A DNA stretch of 64,000 bases from Takakia lepidozioides (lineage: Eukaryota; Plantae; Bryophyta), in NCBI GenBank assembly GCA_030704615.1, contig CM060731.1:7130001-7194000 (forward strand), in the 5' to 3' direction. Below are positions 1-13,099 of this stretch, piece by piece (position 1 is the stretch's first letter; every line of letters starts with the position of its first letter). The notes below the pieces were generated by a model. It had not been told where the DNA came from and searched no databases. It was given only the letters and a program-made list of their open reading frames with translations. The translations under genes were made by a program, and so were the position numbers.

Positions 1-2342
1 TTGCAACTTCTGGTTACAGAGGATGTAGGGTCGGCCTGAGCTTGAGAATCTGCACATCGCCATAGCCCATAACTCATCAATCACCCAATGACTGCGACAA
101 AAGATTGATTTAACTAAATTATCAGGTTGACTGAGGCTTCTCCAAATGTGAAGGGTCAAAATCAGCATGTCAAAGCAAATTATTACCCTGCCAGAAAAGT
201 GAGCTCAAGTTCTAGTTGGCTACATGGCACTTGCTTCACCAACAGCATTTTCCAGTAACAAATATGACCTCAGGAGAGATTTGAGTCTGCAACTAACCTG
301 GAAGGGACAGAGCTATTAGGGTAAAACTTGCTAATCAGGTCCACGAGCTCCTTCTCAGTAAAGACCCGTTCATAGCATATGTATCGGCCAGATGCATCAG
401 GCACCTCAAATGCAGAAATGTGAGCTTCGACCACATCCTCCACATGCGCATATGCGAACAAACCACTTTGTGGAAGCTCTTGCACCCCTGCTCACACGGA
501 CAATTCACCTTTTTTTTCAGTTCATATTCATACACACTATGTCATATAAATGAGGAGGATGAAATCTTGTAAGATATCAAGTTGTCAAGCTTGTCCCACA
601 AAAATCCACGCTCCCACTTCGGATGGAGAAGAGCTGCAGAGATGAGGGGTAAAATAAACTGAGGAAATGAGCGAAAGAGGAAGCTCACAGACAGAGAGCC
701 AAGGACGAACCCTTAAGACAAGAGACAACACTTTGCTCAGAAGGAAAGAGACTGACAGTGCTAGCTCAATGGAAACTACCACCATCTTGTACAGCACATG
801 AACAATTTTTCACATGACATTACAGAAGAACGAATGGATCGAGATGAAGTCTATGCCTGGAAGGTGAAAAGAAACACACCTTTGAGGTAAGTCAGAATAG
901 ACTGGCTGGTGCTCATGACTTTGGGGCCCAACACAATTGCAGGATTAATAACCACCATATCCAGGCCTCTATCGGTTGCCAAAGACCATGCTGCCTTCTC
1001 AGCCTTGGTTTTTGAAAGAGGGCCCCATAGCTGCATTAGGGACAAGAAGACAACTATGTCAGCACTCACAACCTAGGTAACATCGCAGATAAGCCAATCA
1101 ACAATGTCTAGGAAACTGATATGATGGACTTCAACCAGCCATGGGCTGTGCAAGCCAAGAGCTCCTCTAGCTACGTAGCCTCAAGAATAAGTTCGTCCCA
1201 TGCCAACTGAGCACGCATGAGTTACAGCAATTAAGGGACTAGGCATGCTTGCATACCTTTTTTGATCGACAAAATTCCAAATTGCTCCAACATTTTTCAT
1301 CAATAGACTTTTCCATTTGTCGTTGATTGTCCCAGACCATCGCTGACAGTGATGATGTTAAGATCAGCCGTTTCACGAAGGAGTTCGCACATGCCTCCAC
1401 AACATTCAGAGTTCCTCGCACTTCGATATCCACCATCTCAGACTGCCATAATTAGCAGATAATGGTGTCAGAATGAGAAAAACGCCAAACAAAGTCAGAC
1501 AGCATCCGAATATGAGTTCTGAAGATGCTAAGTCCCAAATGTGAGTCTAAACCTTCCCGTTTCCAGAGGTGAATCCTTGACCTTCAAAGGGGAGGTAAGC
1601 ATTTTAGTTCCACAATGCTATAATGGCAACTCGTAGCCTACAAGAAAAGATTTCAAATGGTAAATCACCCCAGCACTGCGAAAGGCATGATTTGAAATCA
1701 AATGACATTCTTCCTGAAGGAAGAAGAGAGCGGAATAGGTACACAGACAACTCACTGGATAGTTGGAAAGAAGGTCGCTGGGCGATGAGGTATGGAATAC
1801 CCCATCACAGCCCATGACCACTTCGGCCAAGCTCCCGTAGTCGAGAAGGTCGGCATTTGTGAGATTCAACCGCTGCTCAGCACCGGGAAGTGCCATCCAT
1901 GCAGCTGCTTCATCTGCACTCCACCCATGGCAGCCTCTTAATCCTGTCCTCCCACTACCTATCTGAACAAAGCAAGTATCATTGCACCAACTCGAATTGT
2001 AGAGCTAGCTTAGAGCCACCATCAAATACTGCATGTAATATGACCTACCAAAGCTTCCATAGTTGCAAGAAATAGTTGAAGGCCGAAGCTGATAGGTACA
2101 TCCTACCCTACGTTTCCACCAACCAGACTTATCAAGCTTTGGACTGAGGGTATAGCCGAAGAAGGGTTACCAGTGGAGGTCCGAATCGTGGAGCGAACAC
2201 TGTATCCTTTCGCCAGCAACATCCGAACTAGCCAGGAGCCCAAAAGCCCCCAGCTTCCCGTTACGCAGACATGCATCCCTTTCCCACTCACGGCGGGATC
2301 ACCCACTGCCCTCTCATTGTCGAGAAATTCCCACACACCCAT
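1..2342 (-). CDS. Cinnamoyl-CoA reductase-like (SNL6-type) extended SDR; 6 exons, 3' end outside the window
   Basis: Exons approx. 2342-2171, 1913-1756, 1442-1257, 1030-880, 487-298 and 49-<1, all with GT-AG introns and a continuous frame. Motifs: VCVTGSWGLLGSW (Rossmann), DLLDY..GCDGVFHT, GTLNVVEAC, LTSSLSAMVW, LDMVVINPAIVLGP, HVEDVVEAHI..ASGRYIC, last exon RFSSSGRPYILCNQKLQ. Confidence 0.93.
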
Positions 2343-2569
2343 TCTTCTGTAGTGTATATACGTGTGCGTTCCTCCCGAAATGGGCTCAAAGAATGGAGAC
2401 CCAGAACCTCCAATCCAATCGGACAGGAGTCTACTGCAGAGAGGATCTAGCAATCAGCAGGTAGCGACTCCAAAGTGCATATTCATTTATCCTTTGCAAA
2501 GAGACTCAGACACTTCCAGTCCTCTTTCAGGTCTCCCCTGCAGCTTTTGGGGGAGGCGTCGTAACGAAT

Positions 2570-2750
2570 AGATAGGGAGAGAGACAGAGAGTCAATATAC
2601 GATGTCTGTCAAAGACTCCACAGGGTTTCATCAACCCACTTCTGAGTCCTTCAACAAAATCTGACAGACTCACACACTGAGTGATTGAGAGAGCTTCCAA
2701 GTAATATACAGGCCGAGAGAGAGAGAGGGAGAGAACGAGAGAGAGAAGCT
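2570..2750. promoter_or_regulatory. GA/CT-rich tracts upstream of the CCR-like gene (5' UTR or core promoter)
   Basis: GAGAGA runs at about 2575-2590 and 2715-2748, 230-410 bp upstream of the ATG. Confidence 0.35.
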
Positions 2751-3904
2751 GGCTACAGAGTTGTCAATTAAGACGGCATTTAGTTAACGCGTGGAGTCAA
2801 CCTGGTCACAAGCATACTTGTGGACACCAAGTCTCCCCTCGCTGCATTGACCTGCACCTCAAACGTCGCTCTTGATGATGCCCACCTGCCGATCTCACGC
2901 CGCCATAGCTCCAGCACATGTTTGATGAGCCTCATTATTATCATCCCAAACACAGATATTTCTGTTTGGGATAGATTCACACTGTATACATCTCATAAGT
3001 ATCTCCACTTTGAGGTTCTTGTATCTCCTCTTCTACAGGGTCTTTGACAGAGTTCATGGATGTGTACATCTTACTAACTTCTATGGATTGTCATTGGTAA
3101 TATTGATATATTGTTTGATTGATAAGCTTTGGGTATCAATGTTCAATGTTTGGGTGGAGGGTGGTTGAAAGCACCCAACTTGTAAAACATTATTCACTAT
3201 GTGCGGCCGGCCTTTCGTACAACCCGTTGTGGGGTTCGGATAAGGTCGTGTTGAGTGTGGAATGTGATTGATTGATTGTTGGTCGATGGATCGATGGCCG
3301 ATGAAAAATTTGGTGTGCCGTACAATAGAAACTCACATGAGTATTTTTATTGCGTTTTTTCATTAGATTTTTTTTTTAAAAAACTACTTAGGTGTCCTTG
3401 TCGGTCTACCCTTATTACCCCTGGCTCAGGATTTTTTCTTTTTTCTTTTTTTTTCAGGATTGCTTATATGGGGATGTAGATATGAGGCCATGTAATAACT
3501 TTTCTGTGCCACATTATATATTCGCATTGTTTTATATTTTCCAGCCTTCATGGATGAGAGGGTCTAGTCCTCTCTCAGACGGAAGTTGAGTTCATGGATG
3601 ACAAAAGTTTAGACGAAATCGGTATTACAATACATCCAACGGTGCGTAACAAGCTTCAACAGATCTAACGGCCATAAACAGTGAATTAGGTGATTGGGCC
3701 ATTATGCCCATTCTCTTTACAATATAAAATCCATTAAAATTCATTATTTTTTGTTTGTGGAAAATTCAAAGTATCAAAACCCCCTCTGGACTTGGAATGT
3801 GATTGTTTATTGTAGGAATTGGGTCATTGACCTGCTTACGCTGTAGTGTGGGTCAACCTTCTGTATTGGGAAGGAACCAACAAAAAAAAAGTATGACGCC
3901 TCCT

Positions 3905-4050
3905 GAAGGGAGCGTAAATTATGGTGTCTCATGACCCCCAAGGGCTACTGCCTTACGACGGGAAGGTGGACACCTTTGCGACACCAATGGTGGATTGAAC
4001 CCACAACCACTTCCAAAGGTGGTACGTGGCCCATTTACATTGGGCCACAA
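3905..4050 (-). mobile_element. tRNA-derived SINE, family A, copy 1
   Basis: Similar to 5452-5590 and 23920-24008. The minus strand has a B-box-like GGTTCAATCC and a degenerate A box. Confidence 0.6.
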
Positions 4051-4960
4051 ATTTGTGGATCCAACATAGAGACCTTACTTACTCTGATTTTCTTTACTGT
4101 AGTTCCATGGCACTTCTCGTTGCAGAATCCTCCATGAAGTGGATGGGGCTGTTCCGCCCTATCTCCCAGGGGCCACAATGGGCAACCGTCCAATCAAATC
4201 AGCTGAAAATCCAAGTCGGCCTTCACAGCAGCAGCCCTTGTGCTATGCGGACTAAGTCCCAATATCAAAATTCAGGAAGGGTACTAGGATCCTTCCCAGC
4301 CGTAAGAAAATGGACTCGAATTTTCTTCTCACATAATTTTTTAGTTTCCCGCCATACTTTTCTATGTGCACAGGAAGGAAAAATTCTGCAACTTAAGCAT
4401 CCTAAAAATATTTTTTCCTTGAAATATTTAAAAACAATATTATGTGTTATAAAATGTTCTATGTTATAAGTGTGCTAAAAAAAAAGAAAAAAAAAAAAGT
4501 GCTAAACATATCTACGATAAATGTTCTGTATGTTCTTCCATCCCTTCATCAGTACCACTCGTCATTGCGACATTGTCCTTTCCCAAGATGGTTTGCTCAG
4601 ATTGGCTAACAGTCTCGTTGCTAATCCTGCTCGGTTGGATCTATTTTCACGTGCAACGTCATGGAAAGGAGTAGCTGCTCTCATAGTTGCTCAGGGCAAG
4701 GAACGAGATTACCGCGATCGTGTTCCACGTATGCATTCTTTCCACTAGATTTTTGGATGTCTGCATCTTGGTTCAATGACATCTTTCTTTGCACATCGTA
4801 CAACTGAAAACAGGGCATTGGGAATCCCAATGACTCTATATTGTAGCCTTCTTTAGGCAATGAGTTTCTATTGCGTTACAAAAGGCACAAACTTTATCTA
4901 TTTTGCGTTTGGGCAAAAGTCGCCCAAGTAGCTTGGTATGGCCTCTCGCCGCCTCTCGAC

Positions 4961-5040
4961 TCTTTTTGACCCGTTGTCTAATCTACTAGAAGTAGTAAGC
5001 TCTTTTTGACCCGTTGTCTAATCTACTAGAAGTAGTAAGC
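4961..5040. repeat. Perfect 40-bp tandem duplication
   Basis: tctttttgacccgttgtctaatctactagaagtagtaagc occurs twice in a row. Confidence 0.95.
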
Positions 5041-5451
5041 GATGCTAGATGGGTTCAATTTCATTTGTTGGCTCTGTCCCAAGGGGGTAGAGGCTACATG
5101 ACAACTTTTGACATGGGAGAAACCCTTATGGATGAAGGTGGGATGGAAAATGGAATATGAGTGCGTGGTACCAAGGTGCAATAAATAGTATACGTAGAAG
5201 AAGAGAAGTGTATCATGAACTGTTCAGCTGCGCTTGGTTAATTAATGTGCCACTCAATCTCCAATGGCCTTCCACCGCGTACTAATCCTACGAGATAGAG
5301 GCTAATTGACAACTTCTGATAGGGGGTTGGTATCGTGTGAGCATAATGTGAGCATGCGCATGTTGCACGGCATGAGCACAATCCACGGTCATGGGGATTT
5401 TATGATTTTAAACCTCAGTCATAAAGAAAAAAGGTGGACGCGTTGCCGAAG

Positions 5452-5590
5452 CAAGCATAACTTATGGTGTCACTTGACCCATAGGGCTACTGCCTTCCGG
5501 TGGGAAGGTGGACACCGTAATGACTTCCAACAGGTGGATTGAACCCATAACCACTCGTGAGAGGGTATGTGCCCTTACCACTGGGCTACA
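5452..5590 (-). mobile_element. tRNA-derived SINE, family A, copy 2
   Basis: The minus strand reads TGTAGCCCAGTGGTAAG...GGGTTCAATCC (Pol III A and B boxes), followed by a body shared with 3905-4050 and 23920-24008. Confidence 0.7.
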
Positions 5591-5792
5591 TGTTGGTTGT
5601 CGCAACCTCGGTCATACATATTACTAGGGTAGCATGTGCTGGCCCAAGTGTCCAAGGTCATCTAAGCCCAAATGCAATCTCCTATGCATTCAAGTGCGTC
5701 TCCTATGTCTATGTTGAGGTGTGACCTTCATGGTACCCTGTGTCGTTGGCCCAAGTGTCCAATATCATCTAAGTCATCCAAGTCTAATCATT

Positions 5793-5960
5793 TTTTTTCT
5801 ATGGAATCTACGATCTGATTTGAACCGGAGACCTTTTCCTTGATATCTCGATGCTCCAACCATTGTCCAGCAACCAAAAGTACTTGAATTTGTTTTAGCC
5901 ATATATCATCATTTTTTTTCCACAGAGCCTACGACCAGATTTGAACCGGAGACCTTTACT
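5793..5960 (-). mobile_element. tRNA-like SINE, family B: one copy plus a partial tandem copy, with poly(A) tails
   Basis: The minus strand reads GCTGGACAATGG...CCGGTTCAAATC...CCATAGAAAAAAAA. A second partial copy lies at 5911-5960. Confidence 0.5.
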
Positions 5961-7274
5961 TTCTACATAGCTCTCGCCTGCTAAGAAAAGGGGACGTAGC
6001 TTGAAGCTAGGGTTTCGGTCAAGAAAAACCTGCAACACATGGTAGAGACCCTAAACTTGTGACATGGCAACCACTGTATGTTGGTCCTTAGGTACATCTT
6101 CATTGCACACGGCCACCACAGTGAGCCCTGATCCAACTAGGTAGTCTACAAGTAAAACTCCACACTTGGTCCATCTTCATTAGCCCACATTCTACCTCCA
6201 CCTTTTAAATCCATGACCTAGCCAAGCCTCACAAATTTCCTTCACAACTAGGGAATTCCAAAAAGGCCTTGATGTGAAATGCATCGCAATTCACTTGATC
6301 AGTGCGCAATTCAATTGAATTGCAAGGGCAATTCAATTGAACTAACCCTAATTTGCAATTCAATTGAATTGTTGACTACAAGTCAATTGAATTGTAATCT
6401 ATAATTTTTAACTTATTTTTATATATAATATATAATATATTATCATGTATATGTATATGTATATGTATATGTATCGTATACACATATACATACGAGAGTA
6501 TAAGCTGAATATACATGTTGCCCGTCTATTCCTGCTGCCCGTCCATCCTTTGCTTGTGGTAAGGCCTAAGTCACGAGATGAGTCGCGTAGCCTAAAGGAG
6601 AGAGATGAGAGAGAGAGAGTACGAGAGCAAGGGAAAGGGAGAGAGAAATGAAGTGATGAAGGCTTTTTAGGGCAGAGGTGCCCTAAAAGTGAAAGGATCA
6701 AATCAGTTGGAGGACGAGAAGTAGCGAGAGAAGAATGCAACAACAAGAGATTTGTGGAGCGGTGGTGGAGCGGTGGTGGCGCTATGTATGATGGAAGCCT
6801 TCTTGGATCATCAAATGACAAGATCTGCCCATGAGTAAGCACATTCCCATACTAGCATGAGTTCCCCCAATCATTGATAAAGATATCATTTTAGCTAAAG
6901 CTGTACTTCTTATGTACGTGCAGGTGACTCATGAGCTTTGAAGAGAGAACTTTAGGGGTAGTAGAGTGGGTTACCAAACGCTCCTCAACACACACACTGA
7001 AAGAAAGAGCTTGATCACATGGTTTGTCTTCAACCTGCCCACACTGTGTACTGTGGTTTGCTAATACATTTTAGGATAGAGTAGTTGTTGTTTCAAAGTA
7101 CATTTGGTTCATCTACTTGATAGCCTATGTGAACTTTAGTGACGTAAGTCCTATGGGGGAGTGTGTGAGTGGATGCAGTGACTACACAATTAACAGCAAA
7201 CAATTACAACAAGGGCAAGGTCGAAGGCATTGGCACTGGGGCTATTAAGCAGAGATAAGACAGATCATGTGAGC

Positions 7275-8960
7275 ATGGAAAACAACCATTTGGATGGTGA
7301 CAAAGTAGTGGATGATTTAGTACTTTATATGGAAGCAATGTTGAATGAGGGTGCCACAATGAAATCAATCGCCACTGCCCTTTCTTTTGATGATGTACGA
7401 CCATTGAGAAGATTGCTATCAGAAGTCCAAGGGTCTCCTTTCAAAGTTCATCATCAATTGAGTGTCCAACGCTTGTGTGAAAAGATTCAAGAGTTACTTC
7501 CTATTGAAGAGAATGGGACAAATTGGGGAATGAGAACAGTGCAATCTGCCTTAAGGAGGTCAAATTGGCGGATTCCTCGAAGGAAGGTGGGGGAAGCTTT
7601 GAAAATCATCTCACCCTACCATTATGAGCGTAGGAGAAGGGCACAGACAATTCGGAGGACTCAGTATAATGTGACAATGCCTATGGCTCTATGGCACATT
7701 GATTGTAAGTATTTTATCTCATGCATCATAATGTTCTTTGAAGATGCACATGCAAGACGTTTTCTTGCATTACATATCGCACAAAATTGTAGGCAAACTA
7801 AAATATGTATGCAATTCGTGGTGCAGCTTATGACAAATTGGTTATGTTTGGTCTTCGAGTACATGCTGGCATTGATGGGGCCTCTCATTTTGTTTTATGG
7901 GCGAACGTTGCAAGAAACAAGAAAGAAAAAACCATTTTCAAAGGATATCACGATGCAGTTTCCAAGTTTGGAGCACCTTTACGAATTCGATCTGATTTTG
8001 CAGTAGAGCACTCTCTTATAAAACAACACATTGAAGCCACACGTTATGAAACACCCAATCCGTACTTGACTGGGTCTTCCACACACAATCAGGTTAGTGT
8101 TCTATACAATTCTATCTTGCATATCAACTTTACGTTTCTGTCATATTTCTTGGTTCATCTTTATTAATCATTGAGTGTGTAATGTTGTGCATATTTCTAA
8201 TATTTTGTGTGGTGTAATCACCACGTTAGAGGATTGAACACTTTTGGCGGCATCTATGGGAGAAGGTAATGTTCTACTACAAAAATTGCTTCCAAGCAAT
8301 GGTCAATGATGGATTATTGGATATGGACGATCCGTGGCAACGAGAATCTTTTATTGACGTTTATATGCCCATAGTACAAGAAGCTGTTGATGAATACGTG
8401 AAGATTTGGAATGGACATCGAGTTCGCACGATTAATGAAAACGGTCGATATCGTCGATCACATGTTCCTACTCGTTTCTTTCGCGAGTATGAACGTTTGC
8501 ATGGGTAAGCTCATGGTTTTCTCTTGTTTGTACTTTCATCTACAATTTACATTGGAATGTTATTCTAATGTGGTGATGTGTTTGATCATGTAGATGGACC
8601 AGCCACCTTATTGATGACCCACGATTTAGGGAAGACCCCCAACACATTGGTAACCAAGACTTGGGGCCTCGTGGGAATCAAAGGTGGCGATGTGCAGGTG
8701 GTTTGCATGACCTTCCCACCAAAGGAGCTGAACTCATTCCTAACATGGTTCGTGTCCGTGCACAAGCTTATGAAATTGGAAAGGTTGGGAAGGATTAGAT
8801 CTCTTGTTTTCATCTCCACTACTACATGTCTCGGTATTGTGGTTTGGCAACGCATGAACATAGATATTTTGATCAATTGGACCTCATTGGTAATACCGTG
8901 TTAAGTAGGGAAGCTCTCCAACTTTTAATTACACAAGCTCTTGTATGTAATTGTGATTAA
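7275..8960 (+). CDS. IS3EU-type integrase-core transposase, 4 exons; possible premature stop at about 8796
   Basis: Exons approx. 7275-7704, 7827-8092, 8230-8504 and 8594-8960. The spliced product reads PMALWHIDSYDKL..HAGIDGASH..GAPLRIRSD..GSSTHNQRIEHFWR..WNGHRVR, giving a D-D-E triad. Confidence 0.8.
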
Positions 8961-9734
8961 GTGAATAAGTGGGACAATCACATTCAAAGATAATTGTTTT
9001 ATGTCACGTACTTTGAGGATTTCTGTTAAATAAATGTCATCTTTTCCCTTCATCATATCCATTGTCCATATTGAACCATACACCCTAAACCATTATCATC
9101 TCCCAACCATACTACTTGGGGGCAGGGCCTGGGTTGTACGAGAGGGTTGTGAAATTGTTGGGTTTCATTGGGAAGTGCACAGCGTGAGGCTCATGAGGCC
9201 GCCTTTTATCTCCAACAATCTTTGTCTGCCCCACATATGAGACAATGATGACCAACTTGCCTCATTTTCAAGAACCCTCTATTCATAATCTAAGAATTTT
9301 GCATGCAGTAATAAAAATCTGAATATACACTCATGGAGACACGAATATTTAACCAGGACTTATAGCTTCACCCTTCTCTCTTATATGCCATGTAGCTTGA
9401 GTTTAAAATCTGATAACTTGTGTTCTGTTGATTGGAGTCATGGTTTCTCCAACTGCTATATAGCTTCCATAGCCACCGAGAGGTCTATCTCTCCAGGTTC
9501 TGGAACACTCCTGTAGCCTGTACAACCACAAAGTGGAATTTTTTTGCTTCCATGTAACATTTGTTTTTCTCACATAAGTGGTCAACAACCTTACACTTGG
9601 CATGATGATGATAGGTATGACAGGTATGACAGGTATGACGATGAATGGTATCACTTGGCATGATAGGTTAGGAGTCTACTTTGAGATGCCCAAGTCAAGT
9701 TTCAACCTCTACTGAATGGACGCCCTTTGCGCAG

Positions 9735-10142
9735 GTGTAGCGGTATAGCGCTTGATTACAACGAAACTTAGTTAGTTTTGGTAAATTAGTCTATATGCAG
9801 GTAGAGGTATCGTCATTGGGTACTAGCCCTGTTTGGTATACTCACAGAGGTACAGCGCTTGATTCCAAAGAAACTTAGTCAAAACTAGACTATATGTAGG
9901 TAAGGGTATCGTTATGAGGTAGTTTCCCTGTTTGGTATACCTACAGAGGTATAGCGTTTGATTTACGAATAAATTTTGCTAAATCAGTGTATATTTATGT
10001 GGAGGTATTGTCATGAGGTAGTAGCTCTGATTAGTATATCAATAGAGGTATAACGCTTGATTTACAAAGAAACTTAGCTATATATGCTAGTAGAGGTATC
10101 GTCATTACGTAGTAGTGATCCTCTTTGGTATACCTATAGAGG
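9735..10142 (+). repeat. Tandem array of ~99-bp units (about 4 copies)
   Basis: ggtatagcgcttgatt...aaacttag...agaggtatcgtcat...ccctgtttggtatac units start at about 9742, 9849, 9948 and 10047. Confidence 0.85.
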
Positions 10143-11698
10143 TTGGTGCATTTGTGAGTTGAGATCCATTAAACAATGGGAATTTTTGGAATTCCCTGCA
10201 CGTTGTGAGGAATTAGCAGGGTTTTGTCACCAATGCTCAAGTGTCACACGGTTAGCAGTCTTCCATTGTGTGCTGGCTTAATTCTTCAGTAACCTACTTG
10301 AGCTCTAAACTTCTGAAAAAAACACCCGGATTGGCTTACTTGAGGTATACAATATGGCCACTTTAGAGATACGCTATACATGTGAGCATAAATGCTTGTC
10401 ATTTTTCAGAGAGCGCCGGCAGTCTGAATGAAGATACTGTAACTATGATATATAAGAAACGATAGTGTAGAGAAATTCCCTGGCAGTGGGCTTCAGTTAC
10501 AAGGAATAAATTGACTAGCATTCTACCTGCATGAGGCACTCCATCGCCAAGCAATGTTTGGGTTTCTTAGACTAGGGGTTACATTGTGACGCACTCCTGT
10601 GGTCACAACAAACTTCTGCTTTCTCTTTCCTTCTTTCCTCTCTCGTTGACATAGAAAATTGAGAGAGGTTATGGTATGGGAGAAGAGAGAGGGGATGCAA
10701 TTGACATCATGATGAGTTGAAGGGGGGAGCAGAGGGAAGTGGTAAATTCGCAGAGAAGCACAGAGGTCCCCGGGAGACTTACTTTTGTAGTTGCAGCGTG
10801 AAGTGAAAGCCAGGGTGGGTAGTATGGCTGTCGATGAGTTCAGGGCGAGTTATGCTAGTGAGACACCTTCCCTGAAATGTGTGTGTGCGCTGTCTTTGTA
10901 ATTCAACAGATATGGACCAAGAATTATCACTTGGCTTCACTCGCTGAAAAGAACACTAAAGAAGTCTCCTTCCTTATGCTTCCATCACCAGGAAGTGAGT
11001 TGCTGACTTCCTTGGAGTTATTGAGAAACAATGGTATCATTTTGATTCAATTTTGGCTGCTGTCATTATGGCACGATCTCCTAAACTTCTAGCGCGTGTT
11101 ACGTTTGTTCACTTTCAATAATGGGCTTCATGGTGGTTATCTTTTTAGGTTCTTAACAGGCTTATTAGCATATTAATGGGCTTTCAATAATGGGCTCCAT
11201 TCCCCTTCTAACATCTTCAAAATAACCATAATAACGGTAATTTGGTGTGTTAAGTTGTCCCTAACACCCAACCAAAATTATGTTATGTATTTCCATCTAT
11301 TTCCACCCTTTTTATTTTGCCAACTTAACCTTAGGTGAGATTTCAACCCACAATGCAGATTTGTGCTTGCTGGTCTTGCATCGAGGAGATATGACGGAGC
11401 GGCATATTGTTGGCGAGACAGATGCAATTGTAAGTCCATTTCTATGCGAACTTCAGGAATTGACAAGGTCTTGTTTTGATTATGTTCTGGATGTAATGTT
11501 TGGGACTGAGCTTCGGGGAATCCTTGCACTTCCTCTCTTTTCTCCCGGTCTGGTTTTCCTTCTTGTACTATTTTATCCTCATCTCTGCAGTTTTCTATAC
11601 CTTTATCTTCTATGTATTGACATTTGATTGAAATTGTAGACCAGCAAGCCAGGAGAGCAACGATGGGCTCTCTCCTTTCTAATCAGCATGTGTTTGGC

Positions 11699-12240
11699 AG
11701 AAATTACGACATCTTTTTGACCCGGCATATTCAAAGATTAAGCTAGCATCGAAACCTATCCTTACTTCCAGCGTGAATCATTGGTGAATTTCTACCAAAA
11801 GCATGGGATAGCTGTCACTGCCCACACGCCATTGGGTGGTGGGGTTGATAACACGGAATTTGTTGGGCACCGTTTCGTGTCTTGATGACGCTGTTCTTCA
11901 GATTTGCATCTTCCCTAAGTGCTCCCTTATGAATTATTGACTTCAGTTGTGATTCACTACTCTATGTAAGGCGTGATCTCTCGCTTCCCTCTCTCGAACA
12001 CACACACTATAAACACACTACATGGATTGCCAAGAAAGTACAACAAGACACCGGCACAAATTGCGATGCACTGGGGCATTGAGCACAAGACAATTGTCAT
12101 TCTTAAGTCAGACAAGATGGAGAGATTGAAGTAGAACCTTGATGTCTTTGACTTTGAGTTGACCGATGATGATATCAAGCCCTTGACAAAAGCCTGCGCA
12201 CCAACGACCCTGAGAAATTTTTGTGTATCAATCTCTTCTG
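11699..12240 (+). pseudogene. Aldo-keto reductase (mannose-6-phosphate reductase / sorbitol-6-phosphate dehydrogenase-like) pseudogene, 3' exons
   Basis: NYDIFLTR..IETYPYFQRESLVNFYQKHGIAVTAHTPLGG, then KYNKTPAQIAMHWGIE..KSDKMERLK*NLDVFDFELTDDDIK..RTNDP. Contains stops and frameshifts. Confidence 0.85.
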
Positions 12241-12918
12241 AGGATGAGTTTGACTGGTGGGTGTTGCTTACAATCTAAATATGTTTGCATGTTTCATCTG
12301 CACCTTGAGACACTAACCAATTTCATACTGCCAAGCCCTTATAGTGCCAATATATGGCTATGTACATATACCAAACATGATACCACTGTAAGAGTATCAA
12401 CGTCTAAGAGTTGATATATTAAACTCTTTATCGAACACACAGCCCAATTGCAACATGATACCCTTGTAAGGGTATCGAAACAAGATTATTGGAGATAATT
12501 CTCGAAATGAACATGTCATTTGTTTTCTCTGGGGTTGTGTCATGGGGGCCAGATACTAGTGCCAGGGGACTACATGATGATGCAGGGGAAGCCATTCATC
12601 AATTGTTAGGTTTGAAATTGTCTGTTTCTTTCAGAGCTAGCCATATTTCTTTTGCCAGTGAATCAAAGGAAGCTGAAGCACTTCTGAGTAAGCCATCTGT
12701 CTTCCAAAGGGTCCCCCAAAAAATGAGATGGAGCTAGCCCTGGCATGCACATCAAACCCATTTAGCTCACAAGCAGTTTAAGGAGGTTTGCATAAACATT
12801 TGGCCAAGGTTTGAGGGCTTTGGCTCATTCCAACAACAGTATTTACCAAAGCACATAACGTGCTTGTAATAACACTCGGGCTGCATGTGGGGTTCATGGG
12901 ATGCTGAATGGAAGTTGA

Positions 12919-13062
12919 GGAATTTCAAAGGCTGGACTGGGAATCGAGAGCGTGAATGCTGAGTTCTGCAATAGTGATGAGATTATGGTTGTAGTGCAAC
13001 GTTGTAGTGGGTTTGTTATTGGCAGCCCAACACTTGCAAGCCACATGCCCACTCCTATGAAG
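12919..13062 (+). pseudogene. Flavodiiron protein (FLV) flavodoxin-domain exon fragment
   Basis: GISKAGLGIESVNAEFCNSDEIMVVVQRCSGFVIGSPTLASHMPTPMK followed by GT. It matches the FLV flavodoxin GSPTLGGH.PTP motif. Confidence 0.75.
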
Positions 13063-13099
13063 GTGTGACTGGTGATCTAGTGACCAGTCACTTAGTCAA

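Larger units (their letters stand above)
6281..10142 (+). mobile_element. IS3EU-like DDE (integrase-core) DNA transposon
   Basis: Left end of CAATTCAATTGAATTG repeats, a central intron-containing transposase, and a right-hand array of ~99-bp units. Both ends recur fused and inverted at 18841-19424. Exact termini were not resolved. Confidence 0.65.

Noticed and set aside
4026-4469. 147-aa ORF, and similar ORFs such as 6408-6842, 28421-29023, 46638-47201 and 57071-57589
   Set aside because: These overlap repeats or lie antisense to recognised coding regions, and they have no domain signal.
5500-5590. Functional tRNA genes (also 5810-5872 and 43690-43755)
   Set aside because: Only A/B-box-like motifs are present and I could not fold a full cloverleaf. 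The family A and B heads are attached to repeated bodies or poly(A) tails, consistent with SINEs.
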